From contig JAUXGB010000001.1 in the NCBI GenBank assembly GCA_030622515.1, forward strand, positions 1 through 45,085: a stretch of DNA of 45,085 bases. Reading direction: 5' to 3'. This DNA comes from Candidatus Altiarchaeota archaeon. Its GTDB lineage: Archaea; SpSt-1190; DYHY01. Each line of letters begins with the position of its first letter. The stretch's first letter is position 1. Below the pieces are notes generated by a model. It was not told the DNA's origin. It did no database searches and saw only the letters and a program-made list of their open reading frames with translations. Shown here piece after piece: positions 17,493-27,625 of the stretch. Both the position numbers and the translations under genes were made by a program.

Positions 17493-17846
17493 ATGATGCA
17501 GAGGAAGCCTGCGGTTGAGCGAACCCTTGCCACTGTCAACCCTGCCGAAGACAAAAGAGTAAGGGTGACAGCCACCCTAATTGCCCGGGAGCCTGAAGCT
17601 GGCGTAATCTCCGTTGACGACGCCTCCGGCAAGACAGCAAAAGTCTTCTTCGACAGCCTAGAATTAATCGAGAAGCTCGAATCCCTTAAGGAGGGAAACC
17701 TTGTAACAATTGTCGGCCTCGTGGTCCAGACGCCAGAGGGCTTCGACATTAGCGGAGAGCTTATAATCCCGTCCAAGCTTCCTAATCCAGAACTGAAGCA
17801 AAAAGTAGATAAAATCTGGAAGGATGAGATGAAACATGACATTTAG
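17493..17846 (+). CDS. Single OB-fold protein (RPA small-subunit-like)
   Basis: RVRVTATLI, VDDASG, EGNLVTIVGLV. TTTAAA 27 nt upstream of ATG 17493; overlaps pcn start. Confidence 0.7.
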   Translation: MMQRKPAVERTLATVNPAEDKRVRVTATLIAREPEAGVISVDDASGKTAKVFFDSLELIEKLESLKEGNLVTIVGLVVQTPEGFDISGELIIPSKLPNPELKQKVDKIWKDEMKHDI

Positions 17847-18591
17847 TGCAAAGCTATCCAACGCAAGCCTGTTTAAGGACGCCGTTGGCGCCATCTATGA
17901 ACTAATCAAAGGGGATGTCTCTTTCAAAATAACCAGCGACGGCATCTTCATGAATGCAATGGACCCGGCAAACGTCTCCATGGCCATCTTCAAGTTCCTC
18001 CGCCCGGCCTTTGAGGCCTACGAGCTTGAGGAAGAACAGCTGATAACAGTCGACATGGAGCGCTTCTTTCAGGTCCTTCGTCAGGCAAAGACCAACGACG
18101 AACTCTCTTTGAGCCTCCTCGACAACCAGCTGAAAGTAACCTTCCGCGGCGACTCCACAAGGACCTTTGCCATCCCCCTCCTCGAGTCAGTCGGCGAGGG
18201 AAAGAAAGCACCATCCCTCCAGTTCGACGCATCAGTCGTCATAGCACCCAATGTCTTCGAGCAGGGAATCTCCGACGCGGCGGCAATCGGGCAGGACGCA
18301 ATAGTCCTGATAGCTTCCGAGGGCAGCTTCGTCATGGAATCAGTTTCTTCAAGCGGCGAATCCCGCCTAACCCTCGCCTCCGGCGACGCAGCGCTCAAGA
18401 GCCTGCAGGTGCAGACCCCAGCCAAGGCCCGCTACGCCATCGACTACATGAAAAAAATCATGAAAGGCTCAAAAATATCCAACGAGCTGAAAATCTCCTT
18501 CAAGTCAGACTTCCCACTCCAGGCAGAATTCACAAAACAGGACATTGTCCACCTCTCCTACATCCTCGCCCCACGGGTCGAGACTGAGTAG
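17836..18591 (+). CDS. pcn: Proliferating cell nuclear antigen (sliding clamp)
   Basis: AMDPANVSM, DFPL, YILAPRVE. Confidence 0.96.
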   Translation: MTFSAKLSNASLFKDAVGAIYELIKGDVSFKITSDGIFMNAMDPANVSMAIFKFLRPAFEAYELEEEQLITVDMERFFQVLRQAKTNDELSLSLLDNQLKVTFRGDSTRTFAIPLLESVGEGKKAPSLQFDASVVIAPNVFEQGISDAAAIGQDAIVLIASEGSFVMESVSSSGESRLTLASGDAALKSLQVQTPAKARYAIDYMKKIMKGSKISNELKISFKSDFPLQAEFTKQDIVHLSYILAPRVETE

Positions 18592-18632
18592 TCCAACCAT
18601 ATCTTTATAAACGTCTTTTATCGCCTAGTGAC

Positions 18633-19355
18633 GTGAAACTTTCAATAATAATCCCGGTATACAACGAGGGCAAAACCCTTCTCAGGCTTTTGAAAAAAGT
18701 CGAAGCCGCGAAGCTGCCCAAGGGGATTAAGAAAGAAATAATAATGGTTGACGACTGCTCCAGCGACGGGAGCAGGAAGCTTCTCAAAAAACTTGAGAAG
18801 AGGAAAAAATACAAAATATTCTATCATGGGAAGAACAGGGGAAAGGGGGCAGCCATCAAGACAGCCCTCCGCCACACAACAGGCGACCTTGTCATCTTTC
18901 AGGATGCCGACCTAGAATACGACCCGAAGGACTACAGGGATTTGGTGCAGACCCTGTTGAACACGAACTCAACAATAGTCTTCGGCTCGCGGTTCGGAAG
19001 CACCCGTGCCAAAATCTCATTCAGATTATCCAAGAAAAGCAGACTTTCAAACGTTGTTCATTTCGTAGGAAATAAGTTCCTCTTAACAGCCTTCAATATC
19101 CTCTACGGCACAAGGCTTACCGACGTCGAACCATGCTACAAGCTGTTTAGGAAAAAGACACTCAAGAGTGTGAAAGTGGAGTCAGACAGGTTTGAATACG
19201 ACATAGAACTGACCTGCAAGCTGCTGAGAAAAGGCAACAAAATAATCCAGATACCTATCAGCTACTACCCGCGCTCCTTTGAAGAGGGCAAAAAAATAAC
19301 CTGGAAGGACGGGATAATCGCCCTCCATCACATGGTAAAGCACCGGTTTTTCTGA
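18633..19355 (+). CDS. Glycosyltransferase family 2 (DPM1-like)
   Basis: SIIIPVYNE, VDDCSSDG, GKGAA, QDADLEYDP. Confidence 0.93.
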   Translation: MKLSIIIPVYNEGKTLLRLLKKVEAAKLPKGIKKEIIMVDDCSSDGSRKLLKKLEKRKKYKIFYHGKNRGKGAAIKTALRHTTGDLVIFQDADLEYDPKDYRDLVQTLLNTNSTIVFGSRFGSTRAKISFRLSKKSRLSNVVHFVGNKFLLTAFNILYGTRLTDVEPCYKLFRKKTLKSVKVESDRFEYDIELTCKLLRKGNKIIQIPISYYPRSFEEGKKITWKDGIIALHHMVKHRFF

Positions 19356-19393
19356 CACAGAAAGTTATTTAAGCAAATATCAAGACAATCTGC

Positions 19394-20326
19394 TTGGTTA
19401 ACCAAATGAAGATTGTAATTACAGGCGGTTTAGGCTACATAGGAACGGAATTATGCAGGCTATATTCAAAGGAAAGCGACAAAAAAGAAATAATCGTTGT
19501 CGACGACCGGTTTGTCTCAACCAATGTAGTTGAATTGAAGAAGCAGGGAATCAGGTTTATCCAAGGGGCCATTCTGGACAAGGAGTCCATATCAGAAATT
19601 GTAAAGGATGCCGACATAATCTACCATCTTGCCGGAATCACAGACGTGGCCTACACCAGCACAGAGTCAGATAAGGAAAAAGACCGGCTCATTGACAGGG
19701 TGGCAATCGAGGGCTCAAAAAATGTGATAGATGCAATGAAGAAGGATGCAAAAATAATATTCCCATCAACCCATGTTGTTTTCGAAGGCTTTAAGGAACC
19801 CGTATTTGACATAAAGGAAGACGAGACCCCCTGCCCTGTACTGACATATTCGAAAGGGAAATACGCCACAGAAAAATACCTCAGGGAAGGCGACAAAAAC
19901 TACATAATAACAAGACTTGCGTCAAGCTACGGTCTTGGCGGATGCACCATGAGAATCAAAATCATGCCAAACCTGTTTGCCAAAATCACTTCACAAAACG
20001 GGACAATAAGGCTTTTCGGGGGAGGGGTTCAGTACAAATCAGTTGTTCATGTCAGGGACGTTGCGAGATGCATGAAGTATCTGGCCGAGAAGAAAGAAAT
20101 TTCACGGGAAACCTTCCACGTGACAAACGAGAATCTAACAGTAAAAGAGGTTGCAGAACTCTGCAAGGAGATTAACAGCAAGGTTCAACTGGTCCCAACG
20201 GATGACGAGGTTCCAAACAAGGGCTACACCATGAGCAACAAGAAGTTATTGTCAACAGGATTCCAGTTAAAGCACAATCTTAGGGACGGGCTGAGAGAGA
20301 TGATTGAATCATGGAAGAGTACATAA
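19394..20326 (+). CDS. NAD-dependent NDP-sugar epimerase/dehydratase (extended SDR)
   Basis: ITGGLGYIG, HLAG, YSKGK (YxxxK), VHVRDVA. Start is TTG 19394 or ATG 19406. Confidence 0.92.
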   Translation: MVNQMKIVITGGLGYIGTELCRLYSKESDKKEIIVVDDRFVSTNVVELKKQGIRFIQGAILDKESISEIVKDADIIYHLAGITDVAYTSTESDKEKDRLIDRVAIEGSKNVIDAMKKDAKIIFPSTHVVFEGFKEPVFDIKEDETPCPVLTYSKGKYATEKYLREGDKNYIITRLASSYGLGGCTMRIKIMPNLFAKITSQNGTIRLFGGGVQYKSVVHVRDVARCMKYLAEKKEISRETFHVTNENLTVKEVAELCKEINSKVQLVPTDDEVPNKGYTMSNKKLLSTGFQLKHNLRDGLREMIESWKST

Positions 20327-21939
20327 TTTCAGGAGACAAGGCTTTTGTAGACGAGAGGGGAAGGATTGACAATTACGAACTCCCGGAGCCAATAAACTGG
20401 ATAGGCATGATTTCATCCAAGAGGGGAACCTCAAGAGCAAATCACTATCACCCAATACAGCAGCAGAAATGCCTCTTGGTTAGCGGAAAATTCATAAGCC
20501 TTTTCAAAAACCTTAAGGACCCAAAAAGCCCACTAAGGACCCACATAATAAACGCGGGAGACTTGGTAGTAACGGAACCAAACATTGCCCACACAATGGT
20601 CTTCCTTGAGGACTCCCTCTTCCTAAACCTCGTCAGCGGCGAAAGGGAGCACGAGAACTTCGGAAAGCACACAATCCCCCACGAGCTGGTGAAGAAGGAA
20701 GAAGTGAAGGATTATGTAGCAAACTACAAATCAGAATGCAGGGTGTGCGGCAATCAAAGGATGAAGCAAGTCCTGTCCCTTGGCAAATCCCCCCTTGCAA
20801 ACAACCTAAAGAAGTCCAAGGATGAAGCAACAGAGATGTTCCCCCTCCAGATGGACTATTGTCCCAAATGCCACTTCTGCCAGCTAAGCTATGTTGTTCC
20901 CGCCGAAAAACTCTTCGACCACTACCTCTACGTCTCTTCAACAACCCAGACCTTCAGAAACCACTTCGAAGACCTTGCAAAAAGCATCATAACCGCCTAC
21001 AAGCTGAATGAAAAGAGCCTTGTAGTCGACATTGGCAGCAACGACGGGGTCCTTCTCAAGCCGCTAAAGGACGCAGGCGTCCAGATAATGGGCGTCGACC
21101 CTGCAAAAAACCTCTGCGACCTAGCAAACAAGAACGGCCTCGATACCCTGCGCGCATACTTCGACGACAAGACCGCAGACAAGATAATTGAAAGGAAAGG
21201 AAAAGCCGACGTAGTAACAGCGGCCAACGACTTCGCCCACAATGACAAAATCAAAGACATTACAAAAAGTGCATTCAGGCTCCTGAAGGAGGACGGCGTC
21301 TTCATAGTCGAGGTCCAGTACCTTAAGGACACCCTGAAGGACCTTACCTTTGACAACATCTACCACGAGCACGCATCCTATTACTCCGTAACCTCGCTGA
21401 ACGAGTTCTTCAAAATGCAGGACCTCCACATCGTAAAGGTCGAGCACATAAACACCCACGGCGGCTCCCTCCGGGTCTATGTCAAGCGAACAAACAGGGA
21501 CGACGACGGCACCCTCAAGAAGTTCCTCAAAGATGAAGAAGCCTTCGGCCTAAAAGATTTCAAGACCTATCAGGAGTTTGCAAGAAAGGTCGAGGACGAG
21601 AAGAAACGAACCAATCAGGCAATCGCCAAACTGAAGAAGTCCGGCAAGAAGCTTGTCGGCTACGGCAGCCCGGCAAAAGCCACCACCGTCCTAAACTTCT
21701 TCGGGATAAACAACAAGGAAATCGAGATGACAATAGATGACAACAAGCTGAAGCAGGGAAAGTGGATACCCGGGGTCGACATCCCAATCGTGAGCAAATC
21801 AGACCTAAAGGAAACCCCCGACTATATAATTGTCCTCGCGTGGAACTTTGCAAAAGAGATAAAGAAAAACAACCCTGAGCTCATCTCCAATGGCGCCAAG
21901 TTCGTAACCCTCAAGGAGCTTGCAAAAGGCGAAGCCTGA
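20311..21939 (+). CDS. Fusion of a sugar-isomerase/epimerase-type cupin and a Zn/SAM-dependent NDP-hexose C-methyltransferase
   Basis: N-terminal DERG...RANHYH...AH cupin, then CRVC/CPKC Zn knuckle, DIGSNDG, IYHEH, HGGSLR, YGSPAK, LAWNF. Confidence 0.88.
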   Translation: MEEYIISGDKAFVDERGRIDNYELPEPINWIGMISSKRGTSRANHYHPIQQQKCLLVSGKFISLFKNLKDPKSPLRTHIINAGDLVVTEPNIAHTMVFLEDSLFLNLVSGEREHENFGKHTIPHELVKKEEVKDYVANYKSECRVCGNQRMKQVLSLGKSPLANNLKKSKDEATEMFPLQMDYCPKCHFCQLSYVVPAEKLFDHYLYVSSTTQTFRNHFEDLAKSIITAYKLNEKSLVVDIGSNDGVLLKPLKDAGVQIMGVDPAKNLCDLANKNGLDTLRAYFDDKTADKIIERKGKADVVTAANDFAHNDKIKDITKSAFRLLKEDGVFIVEVQYLKDTLKDLTFDNIYHEHASYYSVTSLNEFFKMQDLHIVKVEHINTHGGSLRVYVKRTNRDDDGTLKKFLKDEEAFGLKDFKTYQEFARKVEDEKKRTNQAIAKLKKSGKKLVGYGSPAKATTVLNFFGINNKEIEMTIDDNKLKQGKWIPGVDIPIVSKSDLKETPDYIIVLAWNFAKEIKKNNPELISNGAKFVTLKELAKGEA

Positions 21940-21948
21940 ACCTTCACC

Positions 21949-22731
21949 CTACTTTACCGCAGTCATTATGTACATGGGATGAGCAATCCTGACCCTCTCC
22001 CCTATCTTTTCTATCCCCATGTAATCTGCGACGCCTGCCGGCTGCTTCAGCAGAAAGTCCTCAATCTTCTTTATCGAATCGTCGCCGAGGGAGAACTTTC
22101 CCTTGAACTCGTCGATATAGTGAGTAAGCTTATGATTGGGATTTTCATGAACCTCGACATTCTTGAACCCTGAAACATGCCATATGCCCATCGCCTCTTC
22201 TTTCTTCATCACATGCCTGTGCGGGTTTTTCCCGGTAACCTCCCGCTCAAGTATGGAGAACATTCCATTAACCGCATTTTGGGTCTCATCGTCCACAGCC
22301 AGCGGAAGTGCATTGATGTAACAGCCTCCTTCACTAACCATGTCATATGTGTTGTCAACAACTTCCTGCTGCCTTCCTTTTGGGAAATAGTGGTTCAAAA
22401 GCCTTGAGACAACGCAGTCGTATTGTTCAGTAGGCTCATAATCAAGAATGTCTGCCTCAATCACCCTAACGTCTCCCCGGTTAATCCCCATCAGCTGTTC
22501 TATATTGATGTCAAGGAATGTCACCTCGACATTTTTCCCAATATTGTCCTTTATGTAAAGACCAACTATCCCTGAACCGCACCCGACATCGCAGACTTTC
22601 TCAGCACTTTTCGGAACAAAGGAAAGTATCTCCCTTAGGAATCTCTCGTCAGTGTAATAGCCAAGGCTTCCTCCATAATCATCGCCAGCAGTCACCTCGT
22701 GGTCGAATACCCACTCAATCTGGTCAGGCAT
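21949..22731 (-). CDS. Class I SAM-dependent methyltransferase
   Basis: CDVGCGSG, FLDIN, YDCVVSRLLNHYF. Confidence 0.85.
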   Translation of the reverse strand: MPDQIEWVFDHEVTAGDDYGGSLGYYTDERFLREILSFVPKSAEKVCDVGCGSGIVGLYIKDNIGKNVEVTFLDINIEQLMGINRGDVRVIEADILDYEPTEQYDCVVSRLLNHYFPKGRQQEVVDNTYDMVSEGGCYINALPLAVDDETQNAVNGMFSILEREVTGKNPHRHVMKKEEAMGIWHVSGFKNVEVHENPNHKLTHYIDEFKGKFSLGDDSIKKIEDFLLKQPAGVADYMGIEKIGERVRIAHPMYIMTAVK

Positions 22732-22834
22732 TACTAAACAAAAGGTTCCCACTTTATAATACTAATTCTTCTCAGTTAAGGTAAAACACCTGCTTTTCAG
22801 CAACCCATTTAAATCCAACGAGAAAATCCACCAC

Positions 22835-23095
22835 ATGGACAAACCAAAACTAAACTACCTTGTTGACATTGGACTTTTCATATCGTTCTTAATTGTAGGA
22901 ATAACCGGCCTGCTCAAGTTCCCCGGCTTCCTCCACCTGTTCGGCCTTCGCCTCCGCGACCTGCCAGTCATCCAGCTTAGCAACCTCCACGACTGGAGCG
23001 GCCTGCTGATGGTTGCCCTAGTAGCGCTCCACCTCTTCCTCCACCGCCAGTGGATAGTCGCAATGACCTTCAGCTCCTTCAAAAAGAAGAAATAG
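22835..23095 (+). CDS. DUF4405-like small membrane protein (cytochrome b-like His pattern)
   Basis: ITGLLKFP, LHDWSG, LHLFLH; 2 TM helices. Confidence 0.75.
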   Translation: MDKPKLNYLVDIGLFISFLIVGITGLLKFPGFLHLFGLRLRDLPVIQLSNLHDWSGLLMVALVALHLFLHRQWIVAMTFSSFKKKK

Positions 23096-23147
23096 CCCTA
23101 TGGAAAGTTATTTAATAGGTTGACGACTTGAAGTTAGGGTCGGAACA

Positions 23148-23405
23148 GTGAGTGACAAAGAAATATTTGAAAAACACACTCCACCGACACATCCTTCTCA
23201 ACCAGACTATCTTTCCCCACCCGAAGGGCTTGTAAGCCGGCCAACGCCAAGTTACGAAGACCTATCATGCGTCACACTACTGCCGATAAAAGTCAGGGTG
23301 GAGGGGCTTGAGGTTCTCGATGAGACCGGCTTGAGAAACGCGCCTTCAGGGGAAAATATAGTGCCCCTTGTTGTTTACCCGGGCAGGGAAAAACCCCTTT
23401 CGTAG
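23148..23405 (+). CDS. Hypothetical protein, possibly the 5' part of a frameshifted gene
   Basis: GTG start after AGGG and a TATA box; no recognisable motif. Confidence 0.4.
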   Translation: MSDKEIFEKHTPPTHPSQPDYLSPPEGLVSRPTPSYEDLSCVTLLPIKVRVEGLEVLDETGLRNAPSGENIVPLVVYPGREKPLS

Positions 23406-23437
23406 GCGCAGGATACAGTCCCAAGAACAATCCTGTA

Positions 23438-23776
23438 ATGGGGATTGGCCATCTCGAAGGCAACAGGATTATCGACTTCCACTCCACCGACCGCTCCCTC
23501 CAGTTGGGGAAGGGCTGCCATGCAATCCTCCTTCTCGACAGGTTTGGCGAGGGGACCGGGAACCTCCGGGACTGCCTTCAAGCAGCGTGCGACTACCCCA
23601 AGCCAACAGAAGCTGTTAAAAAAATGAATTCAACGCTCGGAGCGAAGGCAGTAAAAGGTATCTGCACAACCTTTATGCCAAAATACTTCACAACTGACTT
23701 GGAAGGTTTTCTCAAGGGGGCCGAACTGAACCCCGCCAGCTACCTCGAACCTGCCGGCACACCCCAGTTTAGGTAA
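23438..23776 (+). CDS. Hypothetical protein, possibly the 3' part of a frameshifted gene
   Basis: The frame is open from 23312 and overlaps the upstream ORF; no recognisable motif. Confidence 0.4.
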   Translation: MGIGHLEGNRIIDFHSTDRSLQLGKGCHAILLLDRFGEGTGNLRDCLQAACDYPKPTEAVKKMNSTLGAKAVKGICTTFMPKYFTTDLEGFLKGAELNPASYLEPAGTPQFR

Positions 23777-23858
23777 ATTCATCACCACCCCATTACACCA
23801 TTAAAGAATGGCAAACCTTTATATTAAACAAGACTTTTCACCCAATAAGGGGGATAGG

Positions 23859-26825
23859 ATGGTTTTCACAGTAGATGTCAGGTCGAAAATAGATGACAAA
23901 AGAGCTGAAGTTTTGAGGGAAAAACTCAGGAAAGAGGGAATTCCCGTTGACGAGGTCCAGATTGTTGACAACTACACTATAGATTACACTGAAGGGAGTG
24001 ATGACCAAATCCACCCTGAAGACATAGAGACAGTGGCCGGATTCCTTACAGACCCGGTAACTGAAGAAAGCTCAATTAATCAATCTCCCCACCCGGACGA
24101 GTTTGACTATGCAATTCAAATCGGTTTCAAACCCGGCGTAACAGACAATGTTGGGCACACTGCAAAAGAGGTAATTACAGACTATCTGCCGGGCGACATG
24201 GATGTTTACACATCACAAACAATTTTCCTCAGTGGCCAAGGGCTTCAAGAACGGGATGCAAAAGAAGTCGGTTACAAGCTTGCGAACCCCCTCATCCAGA
24301 ACATAAAGGTGAAGGGCGAAGAAATGTTTCGGATTGACAAAGGAATGGGAATAAACCGCCCTGTCGTGGAAATCGATGAAAAACCAACCGCTGACATCGT
24401 AAACCTTCTCGAAGCAAGCGACGAAGAACTAACTTTAATCGGGAAGAAAGGGCTTGCAAACCTGGACGGAACAAGGCGAGGTCCGTTGGCAATGGACCTT
24501 AACTACATGAAAGCAGTCCATTCCTATTTTGAAAAAGAGGGAAGAAACCCGACTGATGTTGAGGTCGAATCACTGGCTCAGACATGGTCAGAGCACTGCA
24601 AGCACACAACCTTTGCAAACCAAATGGACGATATTGAGGACGGAATCTTCAGTAGGTATATCAAGGGCGCAACAGATAGAATAAGGGAGCTCAAAGGCAA
24701 AGACGACTTCTGCATCTCAGTATTCAAGGATAACTCAGGCGGAATAGAATTTGACGAAGACCACATAATCTCCCACAAGGTTGAGACCCACAACAGTCCA
24801 TCAGCGCTTGACCCGTTCGGCGGTGCAATAACAGGGATTGTTGGCGTAAACCGGGACACTATGGGGTTTGGTCTTGGTGCAAAACCGGTTATCAATATCT
24901 ATGGTTTCTGTTTTGGCAATCCCGATGACGAAAGGGAGCTCTTCAAGGGACCAGACTTCACGCAAATGATGCTTTCACCAAAGAGGATTATGGAAGGTGT
25001 TGTTGAAGGAGTAAATGTTGGGGGAAACTGTTCAGGAATCCCAACACCTCAAGGCTTCACAATCTTTGATGACCGCTATCGAGGCAAACCACTTGTCTAT
25101 GTCGGAACGGTTGGCCTAATGCCTAAGGAAAGTGCCGGCAGGCTATCCCATGAGAAAAAAGCCCAACCTGGAGACTTTGTTGTCATGGCAGGTGGCCGGG
25201 TTGGCAAGGACGGTGTCCACGGTGCGACCTTCTCATCCGAACCAATGGACACAGGAAGCCCGGCAACAGCTGTCCAGATTGGCGACCCCATCACACAAAA
25301 GAAGATGAGCGATGCTCTAGTCAAGGAGGCACGCGACCTTGGCCTTTACAACAGCATAACTGACAATGGTGCAGGCGGAATATCGTGCTCGGTTGCAGAA
25401 ATGGCGGAAGAATGCGGGGGATGCCATGTCCAGCTTGACAGCGTTCCAACAAAATACGCAGGAATCAAACCATGGGAAATATGGATATCTGAATCGCAGG
25501 AAAGAATGACTCTCTCAGTCCCGCCAGGGAAGTGGGCTGAGTTTAACGACCTTATGCAAAGGCGAGGAGTTGAAGCAACAGTAATTGGGAAGTTTGAAGA
25601 TTCAGGAAAATGCGTTGTCGAATATGGCGGGGAAAAAGTAATGGATGTTGATATGGAATTTCTCCACAACGGTCTGCCATCAGAAAAACTTCATACAAAA
25701 GAACCTCAAAGGGAAACCTACGAACCCGTATTGGACGAACCTGAAGACCATAACGATACCTTCCACACCATGCTCAGGCGTCCAAACATGTCAAGCTGGG
25801 AGTTTATCTCCCAGCAGTTTGACCACGAAGTTCAGGGTGGCTCAGTAATCAAGCCTCTCCAAGGCGCAGGAGGAGTCAACGGTGATGCATCAGTAACAAG
25901 ACCTCTCTTATCTTCACAAAAAGCAGTCGTCTTGTCACAAGCACTTAACCCTTCCTACAGCGAGATAAACCCATACGACATGGCAGCTGCAGCAATTGAC
26001 ACGGCTGTGCGAAACGCAGTTGCAGCAGGGGCAAACCCGGACAAGATAGCAATTCTTGATAACTTCTGCTGGTGCAGTTCAAACGAGCCTGAAAGGCTTT
26101 GGCAGCTAAAGAAGGCAGCAGAAGCATGCTATGACACAGCTGTTGCCTATGGAACACCCTTCATCTCAGGAAAAGACAGCATGTTTAATGACTTTAAGGG
26201 ATACGATGAAAATGGGGAGCCAGTAAAAATCTCAGTTCCCCCAACACTTCTAATATCTTCAATGTCTGTAATGGATGATGCAAAAAAAGCAATCCCCCTT
26301 GACGCAAAATACGGAACTGACCTTGTCTATGTGATAGGCGAGACAAATGACGAAATGGGCGGCTCAGAATACTTCGCAATGAGAGGAAAGGGCCTTGGAA
26401 CCACAACACCAAAGGTCGATACTGAAAAAAACATGAAAGCCTACAAGGCACTTCACAATGCAATGGAACAGGACCTTGTCGAGTCAGCACAGAGCGTTCA
26501 CAGGGGAGGCCTCATAATGGCTTTGGCAAAAACATCAATGGGAGGCAAGCTTGGAATGGACCTTTACCTGAAAAACCTTCCAGGCAATTATTCAAGAGAC
26601 GACTTTGCCCTTTACTCGGAAAGTCAGGGAAGAATTGTTGTAACAGTTGAGGAAGAGAAGCAGGAAGAGTTTGAAAAAGCAATGGAAGGCGTAACTTACG
26701 GAATGATTGGGGAAGTGACGGGAGATTCCGGTTTCACAATAGAAAACTCACAAAGGGAAGAAATAATCAGGACTGACACAGATACAATGCTTGAAAACTA
26801 TAGAGCCACTTTAGGAGGGTTCTAG
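23859..26825 (+). CDS. purL: FGAM synthase PurL with fused N-terminal PurS-like region
   Basis: AQTWSEHCKH, KVETHNSPS, GGRVGKDG, DNGAGG, SESQERM, ISGKDS. N-terminal FKPGVTDNVG and LANPLIQ are PurS-like. Confidence 0.95.
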   Translation: MVFTVDVRSKIDDKRAEVLREKLRKEGIPVDEVQIVDNYTIDYTEGSDDQIHPEDIETVAGFLTDPVTEESSINQSPHPDEFDYAIQIGFKPGVTDNVGHTAKEVITDYLPGDMDVYTSQTIFLSGQGLQERDAKEVGYKLANPLIQNIKVKGEEMFRIDKGMGINRPVVEIDEKPTADIVNLLEASDEELTLIGKKGLANLDGTRRGPLAMDLNYMKAVHSYFEKEGRNPTDVEVESLAQTWSEHCKHTTFANQMDDIEDGIFSRYIKGATDRIRELKGKDDFCISVFKDNSGGIEFDEDHIISHKVETHNSPSALDPFGGAITGIVGVNRDTMGFGLGAKPVINIYGFCFGNPDDERELFKGPDFTQMMLSPKRIMEGVVEGVNVGGNCSGIPTPQGFTIFDDRYRGKPLVYVGTVGLMPKESAGRLSHEKKAQPGDFVVMAGGRVGKDGVHGATFSSEPMDTGSPATAVQIGDPITQKKMSDALVKEARDLGLYNSITDNGAGGISCSVAEMAEECGGCHVQLDSVPTKYAGIKPWEIWISESQERMTLSVPPGKWAEFNDLMQRRGVEATVIGKFEDSGKCVVEYGGEKVMDVDMEFLHNGLPSEKLHTKEPQRETYEPVLDEPEDHNDTFHTMLRRPNMSSWEFISQQFDHEVQGGSVIKPLQGAGGVNGDASVTRPLLSSQKAVVLSQALNPSYSEINPYDMAAAAIDTAVRNAVAAGANPDKIAILDNFCWCSSNEPERLWQLKKAAEACYDTAVAYGTPFISGKDSMFNDFKGYDENGEPVKISVPPTLLISSMSVMDDAKKAIPLDAKYGTDLVYVIGETNDEMGGSEYFAMRGKGLGTTTPKVDTEKNMKAYKALHNAMEQDLVESAQSVHRGGLIMALAKTSMGGKLGMDLYLKNLPGNYSRDDFALYSESQGRIVVTVEEEKQEEFEKAMEGVTYGMIGEVTGDSGFTIENSQREEIIRTDTDTMLENYRATLGGF

Positions 26826-27617
26826 ATGGGAAAACCAAACGTAATGGTGCTCACTGGATATGGAATTAACTGCGACGAAGAATCAAAGTTTGCATTTGAA
26901 AAAGCAGGGGCAATGGCAAAGATTGTTCATGTAAATGACTTGATTGACAATCCTGACCGGCTTGACAACTACGAAATCCTCTTTTTCCCGGGTGGCTTCT
27001 CCCACGGGGATGACACAGGTTCAGGAAAAGCTCTCGCAAGGAAGATAGATACCTATCTCGACGAAGAGCTTGAAGGATTCACCAGAAGGGACACACTAAC
27101 AATTGGGGTCTGCAATGGCTTTCAAGTGCTGACCCACCTTGGCCTTCTGCCAGCACTGGATGGGGCTAGTGAAAAGCAGGTCGCCCTTGTCCATAATGAT
27201 TCTGCACGCTACATTGACCGATGGGTTGACCTTAAAGTGAACAACGCAAGCCCTTGGCTAAAAGACATGGGAGAATTTAGCGCACCAATTGCCCACGGCG
27301 AGGGAAAGTTCTACGCAGACCCAGAAACTCTCAAAAAGATTGAGCAGGAAGGTCAGGTAGCACTTCGCTACTTCGATGGGCCAATATGTGACTATCAAGG
27401 CTTTGAAGCAAACCCAAATGGCTCACTACACAATATTGCAGGAATAACAGACAAAACGGGCAGGATACTTGGCATGATGCCCCACCCGGAACGTGCAATA
27501 GAAATCACTCATCTTCCTAACTGGACCTATCTAAAATCTGAACAAGGAAGGGAAAATCTCCCAGAAGAAGGTCCGGGAATGCAGCTCTTTAGGAATGCTG
27601 TGGAATATTTCGAATAG
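26826..27617 (+). CDS. purQ: FGAM synthase glutaminase subunit PurQ
   Basis: GYGINCD, PGGFSHGD, GVCNGFQ, AHGEG, NPNGS, GMMPHPER. Confidence 0.96.
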   Translation: MGKPNVMVLTGYGINCDEESKFAFEKAGAMAKIVHVNDLIDNPDRLDNYEILFFPGGFSHGDDTGSGKALARKIDTYLDEELEGFTRRDTLTIGVCNGFQVLTHLGLLPALDGASEKQVALVHNDSARYIDRWVDLKVNNASPWLKDMGEFSAPIAHGEGKFYADPETLKKIEQEGQVALRYFDGPICDYQGFEANPNGSLHNIAGITDKTGRILGMMPHPERAIEITHLPNWTYLKSEQGRENLPEEGPGMQLFRNAVEYFE

Positions 27618-27625
27618 GTGATAAG

